A stretch of 64,000 bases of DNA, taken from assembly GCA_963704655.1 (NCBI GenBank), contig OY969927.1, positions 1,056,001 to 1,120,000 on the forward strand. The letters run 5' to 3'. Below, one piece after another: positions 30,610 to 41,240 of this stretch. A model generated the notes under the pieces. It searched no databases and was not told where the DNA came from. It saw only the letters and a list, made by a program, of their open reading frames with translations. Each line of letters begins with the position of its first letter. The first letter of the stretch is position 1. Origin of the DNA: an uncultured Candidatus Babeliaceae bacterium. Lineage in GTDB: Bacteria > Babelota > Babeliae > Babelales > Babelaceae. The translations under genes were made by a program, and so were the position numbers.

Positions 30610-32743
30610 CTATTCAGCTTTTACCGTAAATTTATTGTCTTTATAATCAACATGTACGGTTTTTGCCAAGCTATTTTTCAAGAGTTCTTGTGCTATAGGA
30701 GTTGCAATATAGTGCTGAATTGCGCGTTTAAGCGGTCGTGCACCAAACTCTGGTTCATAGCCTAATTGTGCAATCTCATTAATGGCAGCATCGGTAAATG
30801 CGCAGCTAATTTCACGTTCGGAGAGTCTTTTTTCAAGTTCTTTCAGTTGCAGCAGTGCTATTTTTTTAACATCTTCCTGTGAGAGTTTTTTGAAAAATAC
30901 TGTTGCATCGATGCGGTTTAAAAACTCAGGTCTAAATGTTGCATGCAATATCTTTTCAATTTCAGTTTTTACCGTATCAGTAACTGTTTGTGCCTGCAAA
31001 ATAATCGGCGAGCCGATATTGCTGGTCATAATGATAATGCAATTTTTGAATGATACCGTGCGTCCTTGGCTGTCGGTAAGTCTGCCTTCATCTAAAATTT
31101 GCAAGAAGATATTAAAGACATCCGGATGTGCTTTTTCAATTTCATCAAAAAGCAGCACGCTATACGGGTGCTTACGTACACTTTCTGTAAGTTGTCCGCC
31201 TTCTTCATAGCCGACATATCCTGGAGGTGCGCCAATAAGCCGTGCAACTGCATGTTTTTCCATATATTCAGACATATCAATGCGGATCATGCGTTTTGGG
31301 TCATCAAAAAGAAAATCTGCCAATGTGCGTGCAACTTCGGTTTTGCCAACACCGGTTGGCCCTAAAAATAGAAATGAACCGATCGGTTTATTCGGGTCGG
31401 TAAGTCCGGCGCGGTGCATCTGAATTGCGTGTGTTATTTCATCAATGGCTTCATCTTGGCCGATAACACGTTTTTTCAAGATATCTTCCATTGCAAGTAA
31501 GCGTTGTCCTTCACTTTGCTGCAATTTCGTGGTCGGTATACTCGTCCAGCGTGAAAGAACTTTTGCTATATCATGATTCATCAACTTCTTGTTTGATAAG
31601 TCCCGTAGAAAGAGTTTTAAATGCTTCTTGCTGCTGTTCTAAATCTTTTGCAAGTTTAGCAAGCGTTCCATATTTAATTTCAGATGCTTTTGCAAAATCG
31701 CCTTCGCGTTCAGCACGTTTATATTCAAACTCTGCACGTTCAATCGCTTCCTTGAGTTTATTGATCTTTTCAAGGGTGCTTTTTCTGCTTTCCACTGCTT
31801 TAAAAGCTGTGCGTGATTTTCTTTTATCTCAGCAAGCTCTTTTTCTAAATCTTTTAAGCGTGCTTTAGCTTGTTCATTTTTTTCTTTTGCTAAGCGCAAC
31901 TTTTTCAATCTCGAGTTGTCTGATTTTGCGTTCAAGTTTATCAAGATTTTCTGGCTGAGAATCGATCGACATTTTGACCATCGATGCTGCTTCATCAACT
32001 AAATCAATTGCTTTATCGGGCAAGAATCTATCAGGAATATTTTTTGCTGATAATTTTACTGCATCAACAAGGGCTTGGTCCTTAATGTGAATACCATGAT
32101 GAAGTTCATAGCGTTCTTTTAACCCACGCAAGATAGAAATAGCATCTTCAACGCTTGGCTCTTCTACAAGAACTTTTTGAAACCGTCGTTCAAGTGCGGC
32201 ATCTTTTTCAATATATTTTTTATATTCTTTCAATGTTGTTGCGCCAATGCAATGCAGCTGTCCGCGCGCAAGCGCAGGTTTTAAAAGATTTGAAGCGTCC
32301 ATGCCGCCGCCGGCTGAACCTGCGCCGACGAGCATATGCAGTTCATCGATAAACAAGATAATATGATCTTGCTTTTCTTCGATTTCTTTTAAAATACCTT
32401 TTAAGCGCTCTTCAAATTCGCCCTGATATTTAGCACCTGCAATAAGCAAGCCTAAATCTAAGGCGTAAATAGTACTGTTTTTTAAACTTTCTGGAACATC
32501 GTTATTAATAATACGTTGAGCAATACCTTCAACTATTGCAGTTTTTCCAACGCCTGGTTCACCAATTAAAACGGGGTTATTTTTTGTTCGTCGTGATAAA
32601 ATTTGTATAACGCGTCTAATTTCTTCATGTCTGCCGATTACTGGATCTAATAGACCACGCTGGGCCTGATCGGTAACATTTTGGCAAAAACGTTCTAAGA
32701 AACTTTGTTGTTCTTGTTGTGGATTGACTTTGGCGCCATTCAT
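30610..32743 (-). pseudogene. clpB: ClpB chaperone lacking the N-domain, interrupted by three single-base frameshifts (probably assembly errors)
   Basis: [26 protein letters not shown]-domain, GPTGVGKTE, GARPLKRAIQ; frame breaks at about 31885, 31775 and 31578. Confidence 0.9.
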
Positions 32744-32756
32744 AAATCACCTGAAG

Positions 32757-33176
32757 TTAAATTTTAATTCGATCTAATATTTTTTTCATAACTTGATAAT
32801 GCGCGGGAATTCTATCAGCAATTTCTATAGCTAATAATTCTCTATAAGAATGTGATGTTCGGTTTCTGTCTGCAACTAGTTCGGTTAATGTTTGGAACTC
32901 TGCTGTTAATATTATTCCAATGCGTGCTGCCTGTCTAAAAGTTTGATATGACGATATTGATTCAAACGTGATGCCATGCTGATCTCTTAAAAGGGTATGT
33001 AATAATTTCCAAAAAATTTCTATTGTGAACTCGTATGTATGGATTAATGAATTGCGGGTTCGTTTTTTTATAATTAATTCATCTTTGTCTGAAAGATCGT
33101 TATAAGCTTCGATTTCTTCATTTAATCGTGCCATCGCGTTATGTGCATCGTGATAGAGATATATCAACTTTTCCAT
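32757..33176 (-). CDS. HEPN toxin (HI0074/nucleotidyltransferase substrate-binding family)
   Basis: LIHTYEFTIEIFWK; RNase motif R-X4-H in DRNRTSHSY. Confidence 0.85.
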   Translation of the reverse strand: MEKLIYLYHDAHNAMARLNEEIEAYNDLSDKDELIIKKRTRNSLIHTYEFTIEIFWKLLHTLLRDQHGITFESISSYQTFRQAARIGIILTAEFQTLTELVADRNRTSHSYRELLAIEIADRIPAHYQVMKKILDRIKI

Positions 33177-33478
33177 TCGATCCTGTAGGTAGCAATATCA
33201 TTACGATATTCTTCTGGCAACTCATAAAAGTCAGCGACTTCAATTTGTAGTGGGGTGCGTAAAGACTGCATGATAAGCTGCGCTTCATAAATTGCGCCGA
33301 TATCTGCCAATCTTTTTCCACAATCGATTGCAATATCTAAATCAGAGCCTTGAGAAAATCTACCTCGGGCGCGCGATCCATAAAGGTAGATTTTACATCC
33401 AGGGAAAAGAGTTTTTAAAATGCTAATAATTTTTGTTTTTAGTTCTTCTGGTATGCCGGTATCGATAGCTTTGGTCAT
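33164..33478 (-). CDS. Minimal nucleotidyltransferase (MNT) antitoxin
   Basis: LYGSRARG..SDLDIAI (GS-X10-DXD). Confidence 0.9.
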   Translation of the reverse strand: MTKAIDTGIPEELKTKIISILKTLFPGCKIYLYGSRARGRFSQGSDLDIAIDCGKRLADIGAIYEAQLIMQSLRTPLQIEVADFYELPEEYRNDIATYRIEWKS

Positions 33479-33486
33479 GATGCCTC

Positions 33487-33942
33487 TTAAGGTTTAATCT
33501 CGCTTATTATAGTTTGCATCGTTTCTATATATGTTTCAAGATTGTGAATAAGAGGGATTTCGGCTAAAGATGGTGAGATATTTAATAAATGTGGTTTAAC
33601 TGGATGTGTTGTTGGCGGAACTTCATGATGTGATGTAAGAGTAGACTCTTTCTCTTTTGCCGCCTGAAGTAAAATTTTAGTGTCATGTTCATCTAGAAAG
33701 CCAGCTTTATGGGCATTGGTAATTATTTCATGTGGGTTTTTGCCACTTGCAAAATTTTTGTGGTTTTTTGCAAGATATTCTGCAATTAAATCGCAAAATG
33801 CTTGGAATGTTTTTGAAAATGCTTGCACTAATGCTTGAGCATGTTCAGGTGTTTGTTCATGCTGCTCATAGTCATTTGCAGCTTTTTCTAGGTTTAATAA
33901 CAATAATTGAACTTCAGCATATTTTTTTGACAAATTTTCCAT
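33487..33942 (-). CDS. Degenerate HEPN-like protein
   Basis: ALVQAF..TF.AF..LIAEYL, NPHEIITNAHKAGFL resemble HI0074; no R-X4-6-H motif. Confidence 0.55.
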   Translation of the reverse strand: MENLSKKYAEVQLLLLNLEKAANDYEQHEQTPEHAQALVQAFSKTFQAFCDLIAEYLAKNHKNFASGKNPHEIITNAHKAGFLDEHDTKILLQAAKEKESTLTSHHEVPPTTHPVKPHLLNISPSLAEIPLIHNLETYIETMQTIISEIKP

Positions 33943-34010
33943 AATTAGCCCTTTTTACGTACAAGCTTTTTGTAGAAAGTATTGCTTTACTCTAGAGCAC
34001 GCGTCAAGGA

Positions 34011-35303
34011 TTATTCAGAATCTATTTTTGGGTGTGAGCTATCAAATGTCTTTTTTGACCGCTTAAGGGTATGGTAGCTTACGGCAAAATGGTGCGCATA
34101 ATCACGCATGGCGATTAATAATTTACCAAGTTCAGTATGTAAATCTAATACTATGCCTTCAGGGTGTAATGGGGTATAAAGCCGCTCTTCACGCTTTGCA
34201 AGTGATATAAAAATTTTATCAGGAAAGATATCTTTTACGGCGTTTAGTTGTCCCTTGCCGCCGTCGATAAGAATAACATCAGGAAAATCGTCTACTTTAT
34301 AACGTCGAGAAACTACCTCGTGCAATGCCGCGTAATCGTTCTGTTGGGTAATGGTTTTAATAGCAAAGCGTCTAAACTTGTTTTTATCCGGTTTGCCGTC
34401 GGTAAATCTAATGCAAGAACCCACTAAAGCAACACTTTGAAAATGCGAAATATCAAAGCAGTCCATCGAGTGAGGCAGTTCTTTTAAGCGCAAAAGATCT
34501 TTAAGTTCATAAAAGCCTTTTGTATAATCCGCCTGATTAAATTTTGGCAATAATGCTTGGGTAATTTCTGGGGTGTATTTACGTTCAGTAAAACGGGTTT
34601 TGAGCGTATCAAAGATAATATTAATATGGGTAATATAGTCGGCAATATTGCGTGCTTTTTCAAACTCGTAATGTTTATTGTATTCTTGTAAAAGATCTTG
34701 CAGCGAGGCTATAGTTTTCTGGTAATCGCCTTCTAAAAAAAGCTTTGCAAGTTCTAGGCGCGCATCATAATCTTTTTGCTGAAAGTTCGGCGCACAGTTT
34801 CCTGCACATTTATTCAGGTGATAGTTCAGGCACCCGCCTTTAATTTTTGCAGTACAGAGCTGTAGTTTAAAAGTTCGTGTTAAATATTCAAAGCACCTGC
34901 GGGCATCATTTTTATGGATAAATGGGCCGAAATAGCTGCCTTTTTCTTTTTTTATCCGCACAATTTTAAGTAATTTTGGTTCGGTATCAGTAAACAGAAG
35001 ATAGACAAACGGGTTGCCAGATTTGAGCAGAACATTATATTTTGGCTGATATTTTTTAATCAGTTGAGCTTCTAGTAAAAGAGCTTCAAGTTCATTTTGG
35101 GTAACAATATGTTCAATGAGGGCATGCTCTTTTATCAGCGCATCGATTTTCCAATCACTTAGCTGTTTTCTGAAATATGAACCCACGCGCCGCTTAATAT
35201 CTTTGGCTTTGCCGACATACAAAATATCATTATTGATATTTTTAAAAATATATACGCCCGGCAAATGGGGCAAATGCGCATGTGGCGAATCTGAAGATTT
35301 CAT
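34011..35303 (-). CDS. uvrC: Excinuclease ABC subunit C, short form
   Basis: GIY-YIG PGVY..YVGKAK..RV.SYF, FDISH, LIDGGKGQL, RDYAHHFA. Confidence 0.93.
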   Translation of the reverse strand: MKSSDSPHAHLPHLPGVYIFKNINNDILYVGKAKDIKRRVGSYFRKQLSDWKIDALIKEHALIEHIVTQNELEALLLEAQLIKKYQPKYNVLLKSGNPFVYLLFTDTEPKLLKIVRIKKEKGSYFGPFIHKNDARRCFEYLTRTFKLQLCTAKIKGGCLNYHLNKCAGNCAPNFQQKDYDARLELAKLFLEGDYQKTIASLQDLLQEYNKHYEFEKARNIADYITHINIIFDTLKTRFTERKYTPEITQALLPKFNQADYTKGFYELKDLLRLKELPHSMDCFDISHFQSVALVGSCIRFTDGKPDKNKFRRFAIKTITQQNDYAALHEVVSRRYKVDDFPDVILIDGGKGQLNAVKDIFPDKIFISLAKREERLYTPLHPEGIVLDLHTELGKLLIAMRDYAHHFAVSYHTLKRSKKTFDSSHPKIDSE

Positions 35304-35374
35304 AAACTTTCACTCCCTGATTATATTTTCTAGTATAACATATAATTTTCAGGGGAGATATTGTAATAATTTTT

Positions 35375-37171
35375 TTAAACTTTGCGCTTAAACGTTTTTT
35401 CAAGTTCATACTGCGAAATTACCCAGGTTGTTGGGCGGCCGTGTGGACACGTAAGCCGGTGTTCAGTTTTATACAGTGAGTTTAAAAGTTCTTCAATTTG
35501 TAAGGTTGAAAGTTCATCTCCTGCTTTAACTGCTGCCTTGCAAGCCATCATAGCATAAAGCTTTTTAGTGATTTTTGTGTTCCACGTTTCTGTATTTACC
35601 GTAGAATTTTCATGTATCCACGAAAGTATGTCGTGCACTAAATCTTTTAGGGGATAATTTTTTATATGCAGGGGTGTCTCTGTTACCGCGATAGCCGTGT
35701 CACTTGCCGACTCGATATGAATTCCGATTTTATTTAATTCAGAAATTAACGATAAAAGAATTTTTTGATCTTCGGCAACTACTGGTATTATTTCTGGAAA
35801 TAAAAGTTGCATACGGGCAACCTCGTTTGTTTTTGAACTAAATTGTTCATAGAGTACAGACTCATGCGCGGCATGTTGGTCGACAATCAAAAGACCTTCT
35901 GCGGTTTCGAGCAGCAAGTAAGTTTTTAATAATTGCCCAATTACCGTGTAGTTCTGCTCTTTTTTTATTTCTGTTTTTGCAAAATGCGCAATTGGTTGCT
36001 GAACTTCTGGAATAAATACAGGCGTTGGTGTCCAGATATTTTCTGGCCGTGGTTCAAAAGTAAGCGGCTTTGCCGGCTGGTGCATTTCTGCGTAAGCAGC
36101 ATATGTGGGATAACGTACTGTCTCTGGTGCTGAATAAGCTTGAGTTGAAGACTGAGCCGTTTGAACACGGTTAGCAGTTTCTGCCTCAAGTCTTTTTTGT
36201 ACCATTTTTTCAACCGTAAGCTCAACAAGGCGCGGGTGCAAAAAGACAACTTCTTCTTTGCGCGGGTGCACATTAATATCAACTTCGTTTTGCGGAAGTT
36301 CGATAAAAATTATTCCAGCAGGGTGTCTGTTTGGTGGCATAACATTTTGAAAGCCCTTGTTAAAGGCTTGCCCTAATTTATAATTTTTAACCCACCGTTT
36401 GTTAACAAAGAAAAATTGTTGGTTTCTGTCATAACGCTGATATTGGTAATGCGTAATGCCTCCAGAAATAGTAATATTATTTTTTGGGTCGTTATTCGCG
36501 CATTCAAGAAATTGCTCAGAAAAGTTGCGGTCAAAGATCTGTGCAACACGTTCGGGCAAAGAATCGGTAGCATAGGTGGTCAGAACTTGTTGATTGTCAT
36601 GATACAGCGTAAAAGCCACATGTTTGTGCGCCAGGGCAATTGCTTGAACAAGGGTAAAGATCGCGCGCCATTCTGTTTCACGTGTTTTGAGAAATTTTTT
36701 TCTTACCGGCACGTTATCAAAGATATTATTAATCGCTATATCAGTTCCGGGCTGTCGTGAAATAATCTCAGTGTTTTTTAATGTGCCATAATGAAACGTT
36801 AGTTTTACCCCATGCTCTTGATTATGCATTTGCGTTTCTAGGGTCATATTACTTACCGCGCAAATGCTTGAAAGCGCTTCGCCACGAAAACCAAATGTTT
36901 TAATAGTTTCTAAATCTTCTATGGTAGTAAGTTTGCTGGTTGCATGGTGTTCAACACTCATGAGCGCATCTTCTTGCGTCATGCCGCAGCCATTATCTAC
37001 GCAACGGATAGATTGCCTGCCTCCATCTTGCGCATACAGAGTTATCTGTGTGGCGCCAGCATCTAAAGAGTTTTCTAGCAGCTCTTTTACGATATTATAA
37101 GGCCGTTCGACAACTTCGCCGGCAGCAATTTTTTGAGCCTCAAAAGAGGACAATTTGTGTATAATTCCCAT
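35375..37171 (-). CDS. mutL: DNA mismatch repair protein MutL with endonuclease motif
   Basis: IAAGEVVERP, GFRGEAL, DQHAAHE, ACK, CPHGRP. Confidence 0.97.
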   Translation of the reverse strand: MGIIHKLSSFEAQKIAAGEVVERPYNIVKELLENSLDAGATQITLYAQDGGRQSIRCVDNGCGMTQEDALMSVEHHATSKLTTIEDLETIKTFGFRGEALSSICAVSNMTLETQMHNQEHGVKLTFHYGTLKNTEIISRQPGTDIAINNIFDNVPVRKKFLKTRETEWRAIFTLVQAIALAHKHVAFTLYHDNQQVLTTYATDSLPERVAQIFDRNFSEQFLECANNDPKNNITISGGITHYQYQRYDRNQQFFFVNKRWVKNYKLGQAFNKGFQNVMPPNRHPAGIIFIELPQNEVDINVHPRKEEVVFLHPRLVELTVEKMVQKRLEAETANRVQTAQSSTQAYSAPETVRYPTYAAYAEMHQPAKPLTFEPRPENIWTPTPVFIPEVQQPIAHFAKTEIKKEQNYTVIGQLLKTYLLLETAEGLLIVDQHAAHESVLYEQFSSKTNEVARMQLLFPEIIPVVAEDQKILLSLISELNKIGIHIESASDTAIAVTETPLHIKNYPLKDLVHDILSWIHENSTVNTETWNTKITKKLYAMMACKAAVKAGDELSTLQIEELLNSLYKTEHRLTCPHGRPTTWVISQYELEKTFKRKV

Positions 37172-37203
37172 GGTTTTTAGTATACGGGGAATTTAACTTT
37201 GCG

Positions 37204-37644
37204 CTATCCAAGCGTAAACAATAGTTCTTTGTTTTCTTGAGTGCTTTTCTTAAGGGTAAACTTTTTCAGTGCGTTATTTTTTGAACACGCTTCTAGCATG
37301 CTCACCATAGCAGTATTATTTTGTGCCCGGCAGGTAATAGTTGAGCCTGTTTTAGTGTATTCAAGCTTTTCGATTTTTACACTCGGGGGCATAATCTCTA
37401 ATAATGCATTAAAAATGGCATAAAGTTCTTGTTTGTCGATTTCTTGAATAACAGAAAGCAGTTGCGCACTAGCTTTTGTTTCTTGATGTTCTTGTGCGCA
37501 TGTAGCTTTAACTTTTTGCTGCGTTACCCAGAGTTTATAGTAATAAAACGCATGTGTTGCCGTGAGGGCCACAAGTAAACTCGCGATTAAAAAATAGCTT
37601 GTTTGCTTCCAGTTGTTGTAGCGTATAAAGTGAATGTTTGTCAT
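37204..37644 (-). CDS. PilN-like membrane protein
   Basis: N-terminal TM; EIMPPSVKIEKLEY..ITCRA pattern. Confidence 0.5.
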   Translation of the reverse strand: MTNIHFIRYNNWKQTSYFLIASLLVALTATHAFYYYKLWVTQQKVKATCAQEHQETKASAQLLSVIQEIDKQELYAIFNALLEIMPPSVKIEKLEYTKTGSTITCRAQNNTAMVSMLEACSKNNALKKFTLKKSTQENKELLFTLG

Positions 37645-38522
37645 AAGCTTCCTGTAATTACACGGTTTTTTCCATAAAGATCTTTATGGGTAACTATGTC
37701 TTTGTATCCAAATTTTTTAAAAATGGCCGTTACGTGCTCTGCTTGTGATTCACCTATCTCTATCCACAGCTGTGGCACATTACTAAGCTGCGTATCTAAA
37801 TAGTTTGGCGCAGTTGAGATTATCCGTTCTATAATTTCTAGGCCATTATTATGTGCAACAAGTGCTTGGGGGGATTCCCAATTTTTTACGCGCGGTTCAA
37901 GTTCGTGCCATTCTTGTTGGGTTATATAGGGCGGATTTGCGGTTATCACGCAATATTTTTTATCTTTTGGTAATTTTGCAAAAAGATCAGATTCTATAAT
38001 TTCGCAGTTTTTGATACCGTTACTGTTTTTATTTTCTGTAATAAGTTCACATGCTTGTGGGTTAATATCAAGCGCGGTAACATCTGCCGCTGGAAATGCA
38101 TGCGCGATGCTTAATGCTATGCAGCCGGTGCCGCTGCATAAGTCTAGAAGATTAAAATTTTTTATAGCTTGTGCTTTAATGTGCGAAATAAGTTCTTGGC
38201 ACCACTGTTCTGTTTCAGGGCGCGGGATTAAAATGGGTGCTTGCACCGTGATTTCGATATCAAGAAATGGCACTGAGCCAAGTATATATTGCACGGGCAT
38301 ATGCTCATCAACAATTTGGATTATCCAATGTTCAATTTTTTGTTGAGCTTCTTCGGAAATGTTTTTTGTTAGTAGGAGTTCTGTGCGTGTTTTTTGTGTC
38401 GCTTTTTGAATGAGCCACCAGGCTACTTGCGTCGCTGTTTGCTGGTCATCGTAGGCAGAGAGTAACTTTTTTACGTAGAGTGTAAGGGCTGTTGAAATGT
38501 TCATAGTTGCAAGTATGCACAT
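37641..38522 (-). CDS. prmC: Release factor glutamine methyltransferase
   Basis: LIPRPETE, LDLCSGTGCIA, NPPYI. Confidence 0.95.
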   Translation of the reverse strand: MCILATMNISTALTLYVKKLLSAYDDQQTATQVAWWLIQKATQKTRTELLLTKNISEEAQQKIEHWIIQIVDEHMPVQYILGSVPFLDIEITVQAPILIPRPETEQWCQELISHIKAQAIKNFNLLDLCSGTGCIALSIAHAFPAADVTALDINPQACELITENKNSNGIKNCEIIESDLFAKLPKDKKYCVITANPPYITQQEWHELEPRVKNWESPQALVAHNNGLEIIERIISTAPNYLDTQLSNVPQLWIEIGESQAEHVTAIFKKFGYKDIVTHKDLYGKNRVITGSL

Positions 38523-38601
38523 ATTTGCTTCTTTTTTCTATAGTTTATTGTAAGCTAGGCTGATTTGTTTTCTGTTATTTTTGCAGATAAAGGGTTAGAT
38601 C

Positions 38602-38871
38602 ATGAAATATGTAGTTTACGTAGTTAATGTGAGTTTATTGCTTTTTCCATATATTTCTCTTGCAAATAGGCCTGAAGATGTTAATGTGCGCATTGAAATG
38701 AATAAGCTTCAAGCAGTTAAGAAGCCAGTTGTTAAGAAACTAGATATAGCTTTTAGGGATCTTACTTTGTCAGAAATGTTTGAGTATTTAAGAAAGATAG
38801 AGCATCCAGAGATGTTTGAGAGCAGTCCCGTAGAAAAAAGATGCTGGCTGTTACGAATATTTGGTCATTAA
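38602..38871 (+). CDS. Small secreted hypothetical protein
   Basis: Signal-peptide-like N-terminus ending SLA. Confidence 0.55.
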   Translation: MKYVVYVVNVSLLLFPYISLANRPEDVNVRIEMNKLQAVKKPVVKKLDIAFRDLTLSEMFEYLRKIEHPEMFESSPVEKRCWLLRIFGH

Positions 38872-39737
38872 GAGTTTAGTATTTTTGAAACAAATTCTTT
38901 GTGGTCAAATCTGTTTATTTGATCAACTTGTTCACCAAAAGTTACATAAGCGATCGGTATTTTAAGCGTATCGACAATGCTAAAAACGATGCCACCTTTT
39001 CCGGTTCCGTCAGTTTTGGTAAGAATAATACCATCAAGCTTGGTTGATTCGTTAAAGAGTTTAGCCTGTTCAAGCGAATTTTGCCCGAGCATGCTATCTA
39101 TAACCAAAAGAGTAGTTATCGGTGTTTCAGGAAGTTGTTTACTGATAGTGCGATGGATTTTTTCGAGCTCTTTCATAAGATGCGTTTTAGTTTGCAGACG
39201 TCCTGCGGTGTCGATAATTAGTCTATAGTAGCCGCCTTTCTTATATTCAGCGCATGCTTGAAAAACTACTGAACTTGGGTCCTGATTAGTTATTCCCGTA
39301 ATAAGGGGAACATCTAAACGCTCGGCCCAGAGTTTGAGCTGTTCAACTGCCGCTGCACGAAACGTGTCTGCTGCTGCCAAAAGTACCGATTGTTTTTTTT
39401 GTTTAAAAAAGTTGGCCAGTTTGGCGGCACTGGTGGTTTTGCCCCCGCCGTTTATGCCCACTAAAACAATAACGCTATTGTCTTGTTGATAAACTGCTTG
39501 TTCTAAAAGTTCATTGAGCGTATCGGTGAGTGCATCTTGGGCGTTAGTTTTTTGAGACTGTTTTAGTTTTTGAATAATTTTTTGGGTGGTGGCAACGCCG
39601 GTGTCTGATTCTAGAAGAATTTTTTCAAGTTTTTGTAAGCTTTGTTCATCAAATTTTCCTGAGGAAAAGAGTGAACTGATGCTTGTAGAAAAGGTGTTGT
39701 AAAGTGAGCTAAATGCTGAAGATATTCTTTTAAACAT
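38868..39737 (-). CDS. ftsY: SRP receptor FtsY (NG domain only)
   Basis: GINGGGKTT, DTFRAAA, DTAGR, TKTDGTGKGG. Confidence 0.96.
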   Translation of the reverse strand: MFKRISSAFSSLYNTFSTSISSLFSSGKFDEQSLQKLEKILLESDTGVATTQKIIQKLKQSQKTNAQDALTDTLNELLEQAVYQQDNSVIVLVGINGGGKTTSAAKLANFFKQKKQSVLLAAADTFRAAAVEQLKLWAERLDVPLITGITNQDPSSVVFQACAEYKKGGYYRLIIDTAGRLQTKTHLMKELEKIHRTISKQLPETPITTLLVIDSMLGQNSLEQAKLFNESTKLDGIILTKTDGTGKGGIVFSIVDTLKIPIAYVTFGEQVDQINRFDHKEFVSKILNS

Positions 39738-39750
39738 AGAGACTAATTTC

Positions 39751-39875
39751 GCCGCTCAAATGGATTCGACTACGCTCACCACGAGCGGCCGCTCACCCTG
39801 ATACTTCGACTACCTCAGTACCGGGGGCCCGCCTGCCCGCCGGAGCCTTGGCGCAGTCCGGGTCGAAGGGTTGGG
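39751..39875. repeat. GC-rich composite REP-like palindromic element, copy 1
   Basis: TTCGACTACGCTCA units, CCGCTCACCCTGA...GTCGAAGGG, inner CCTGCCCGCCGGAGCCTTGGCGCAG. Confidence 0.85.
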
Positions 39876-39890
39876 TATTAACTTATACTT

Positions 39891-40487
39891 TTAGTATATA
39901 AAGGCTTCGATTCTTTGTAAAAAAATCTTTAATTTTCGATAATCATCATGGGTCAGTAAACAAAAAATATCAATAATCTCTTGGATAGTTTCTTTATCGA
40001 GTGCTTGATGCTCATGCCCATTGCGCAAAAGCGCAATTAAAAGTTCATCAAAAAGTGGGTTTTGTTGCGCAAGATTAAAAAATGTTACTACCCATTGTGA
40101 GTGAGCAAAGAATGCTTTCAACTCTTGCGCGGTGCATGATTGTGCAAAGGCATGAATAGGGGCCGGCCGTTTGGGAATTTCGTATACAAAATGCTGGTTG
40201 TTTGAATAACTTAACGGTATTGCTGTAATGGTTGTTTGTAATAGTTGAAAGATATGCGGCTGTTCCTGCTTGAGCGCTTCAATAGTTTTTCCAAAAGCAA
40301 ATGGCGCGCGCCCGGTGTCTTTTGGGCCTGTTTTTATGTCGCAAATAACCCCAAAATGCTGATTATTGTCATAGTTTGTTTGGATAATCGCCCCAAATGG
40401 TGGATAGTCTTCAAGTTGCCATGATTGAATGGTCCAGCTGGTTAAGCTGCTTTCGATTATTTCTCCAAAGACTAATTGGCTGTTCAT
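39891..40487 (-). CDS. HAS-barrel-domain hypothetical protein
   Basis: GEIIESS, PPFGAII, P.RPAPIHAF, DDYRKL. Confidence 0.6.
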   Translation of the reverse strand: MNSQLVFGEIIESSLTSWTIQSWQLEDYPPFGAIIQTNYDNNQHFGVICDIKTGPKDTGRAPFAFGKTIEALKQEQPHIFQLLQTTITAIPLSYSNNQHFVYEIPKRPAPIHAFAQSCTAQELKAFFAHSQWVVTFFNLAQQNPLFDELLIALLRNGHEHQALDKETIQEIIDIFCLLTHDDYRKLKIFLQRIEAFIY

Positions 40488-41143
40488 AGTTCAAAAAGCT
40501 CAAGTTGGGCGTCTTGCTGGGCTAAAAGCGCCTGTTGGTAGTTCTTCAAAAATGAAACACGGTGAATAGGTGAGCTGCCCTGAGCATAAAGAGCATCGTA
40601 ATGGATTTTTGTTGCGTATCCTTTGTGTTCTTCTAGATGATAACCTGGAAAGCTTACTGCAAGGCGCCTCATGATGCGGTCCCGGGTGACTTTAGCAATA
40701 ATCGAAGCTGCGGCAATAGAGATAGACTCTTTTTCTCCTTTAACCATGCTGATAACAGTACAGTTTATTGAAGGAAGTTTCATGGCATCCACAAGAACAA
40801 CTGTTGGGGCAATAGGCGCTACGGCACATAATTGATAATAGGCTCTACACATACTGATCTGTGTTGCTTTGTAGATATTGTGCTGATCTATGCTTCGATG
40901 ATCGATAATACTAACTGAAAAGATGCTATTTTTCATGAGCCAACTATAGGCTTTTTCAAGTTGTTTTTCATTTAAAAGCTTAGAATCTTTTATAAGTGAA
41001 TTTTTTTTAGTTGACTTTAAGATGGCCGCCGCGGTCACAACAGGTCCTGCCAGGCACCCCCTGCCGACCTCGTCAATGCCGCACAGGATCTTATTATCCA
41101 GAGAATTTTGCTTCTCGAAATGGTTTTTTGAGATATTTTTCAT
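40484..41143 (-). CDS. rnhB: Ribonuclease HII
   Basis: GIDEVGRGCLAGPV, DSK, IAAASIIAKVTRD, HKGY, IHRVSF. Confidence 0.96.
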   Translation of the reverse strand: MKNISKNHFEKQNSLDNKILCGIDEVGRGCLAGPVVTAAAILKSTKKNSLIKDSKLLNEKQLEKAYSWLMKNSIFSVSIIDHRSIDQHNIYKATQISMCRAYYQLCAVAPIAPTVVLVDAMKLPSINCTVISMVKGEKESISIAAASIIAKVTRDRIMRRLAVSFPGYHLEEHKGYATKIHYDALYAQGSSPIHRVSFLKNYQQALLAQQDAQLELFEL

Positions 41144-41171
41144 TTGACAAATATTTTTATTTCAGTACTAT
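41144..41171 (+). promoter_or_regulatory. Sigma70-type promoter for the XRE regulator
   Basis: TTGACA-16 bp-TACTAT. Confidence 0.45.
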
Positions 41172-41240
41172 TAGAATAAATTAGATTATTATATTTACAG
41201 TAGCACGTTTTTTAAAAAAAGACGATAGAAGGAGTTCGCT

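Noticed and set aside
33960-34010. CIRCE heat-shock operator upstream of the clpB-containing operon
   Set aside because: No TTAGCACTC-N9-GAGTGCTAA match
39751-39875. CRISPR array, tRNA or SRP RNA next to ftsY
   Set aside because: No repeat-spacer periodicity, no cloverleaf, no SRP domain IV motif; a second copy after typA shows a dispersed repeat
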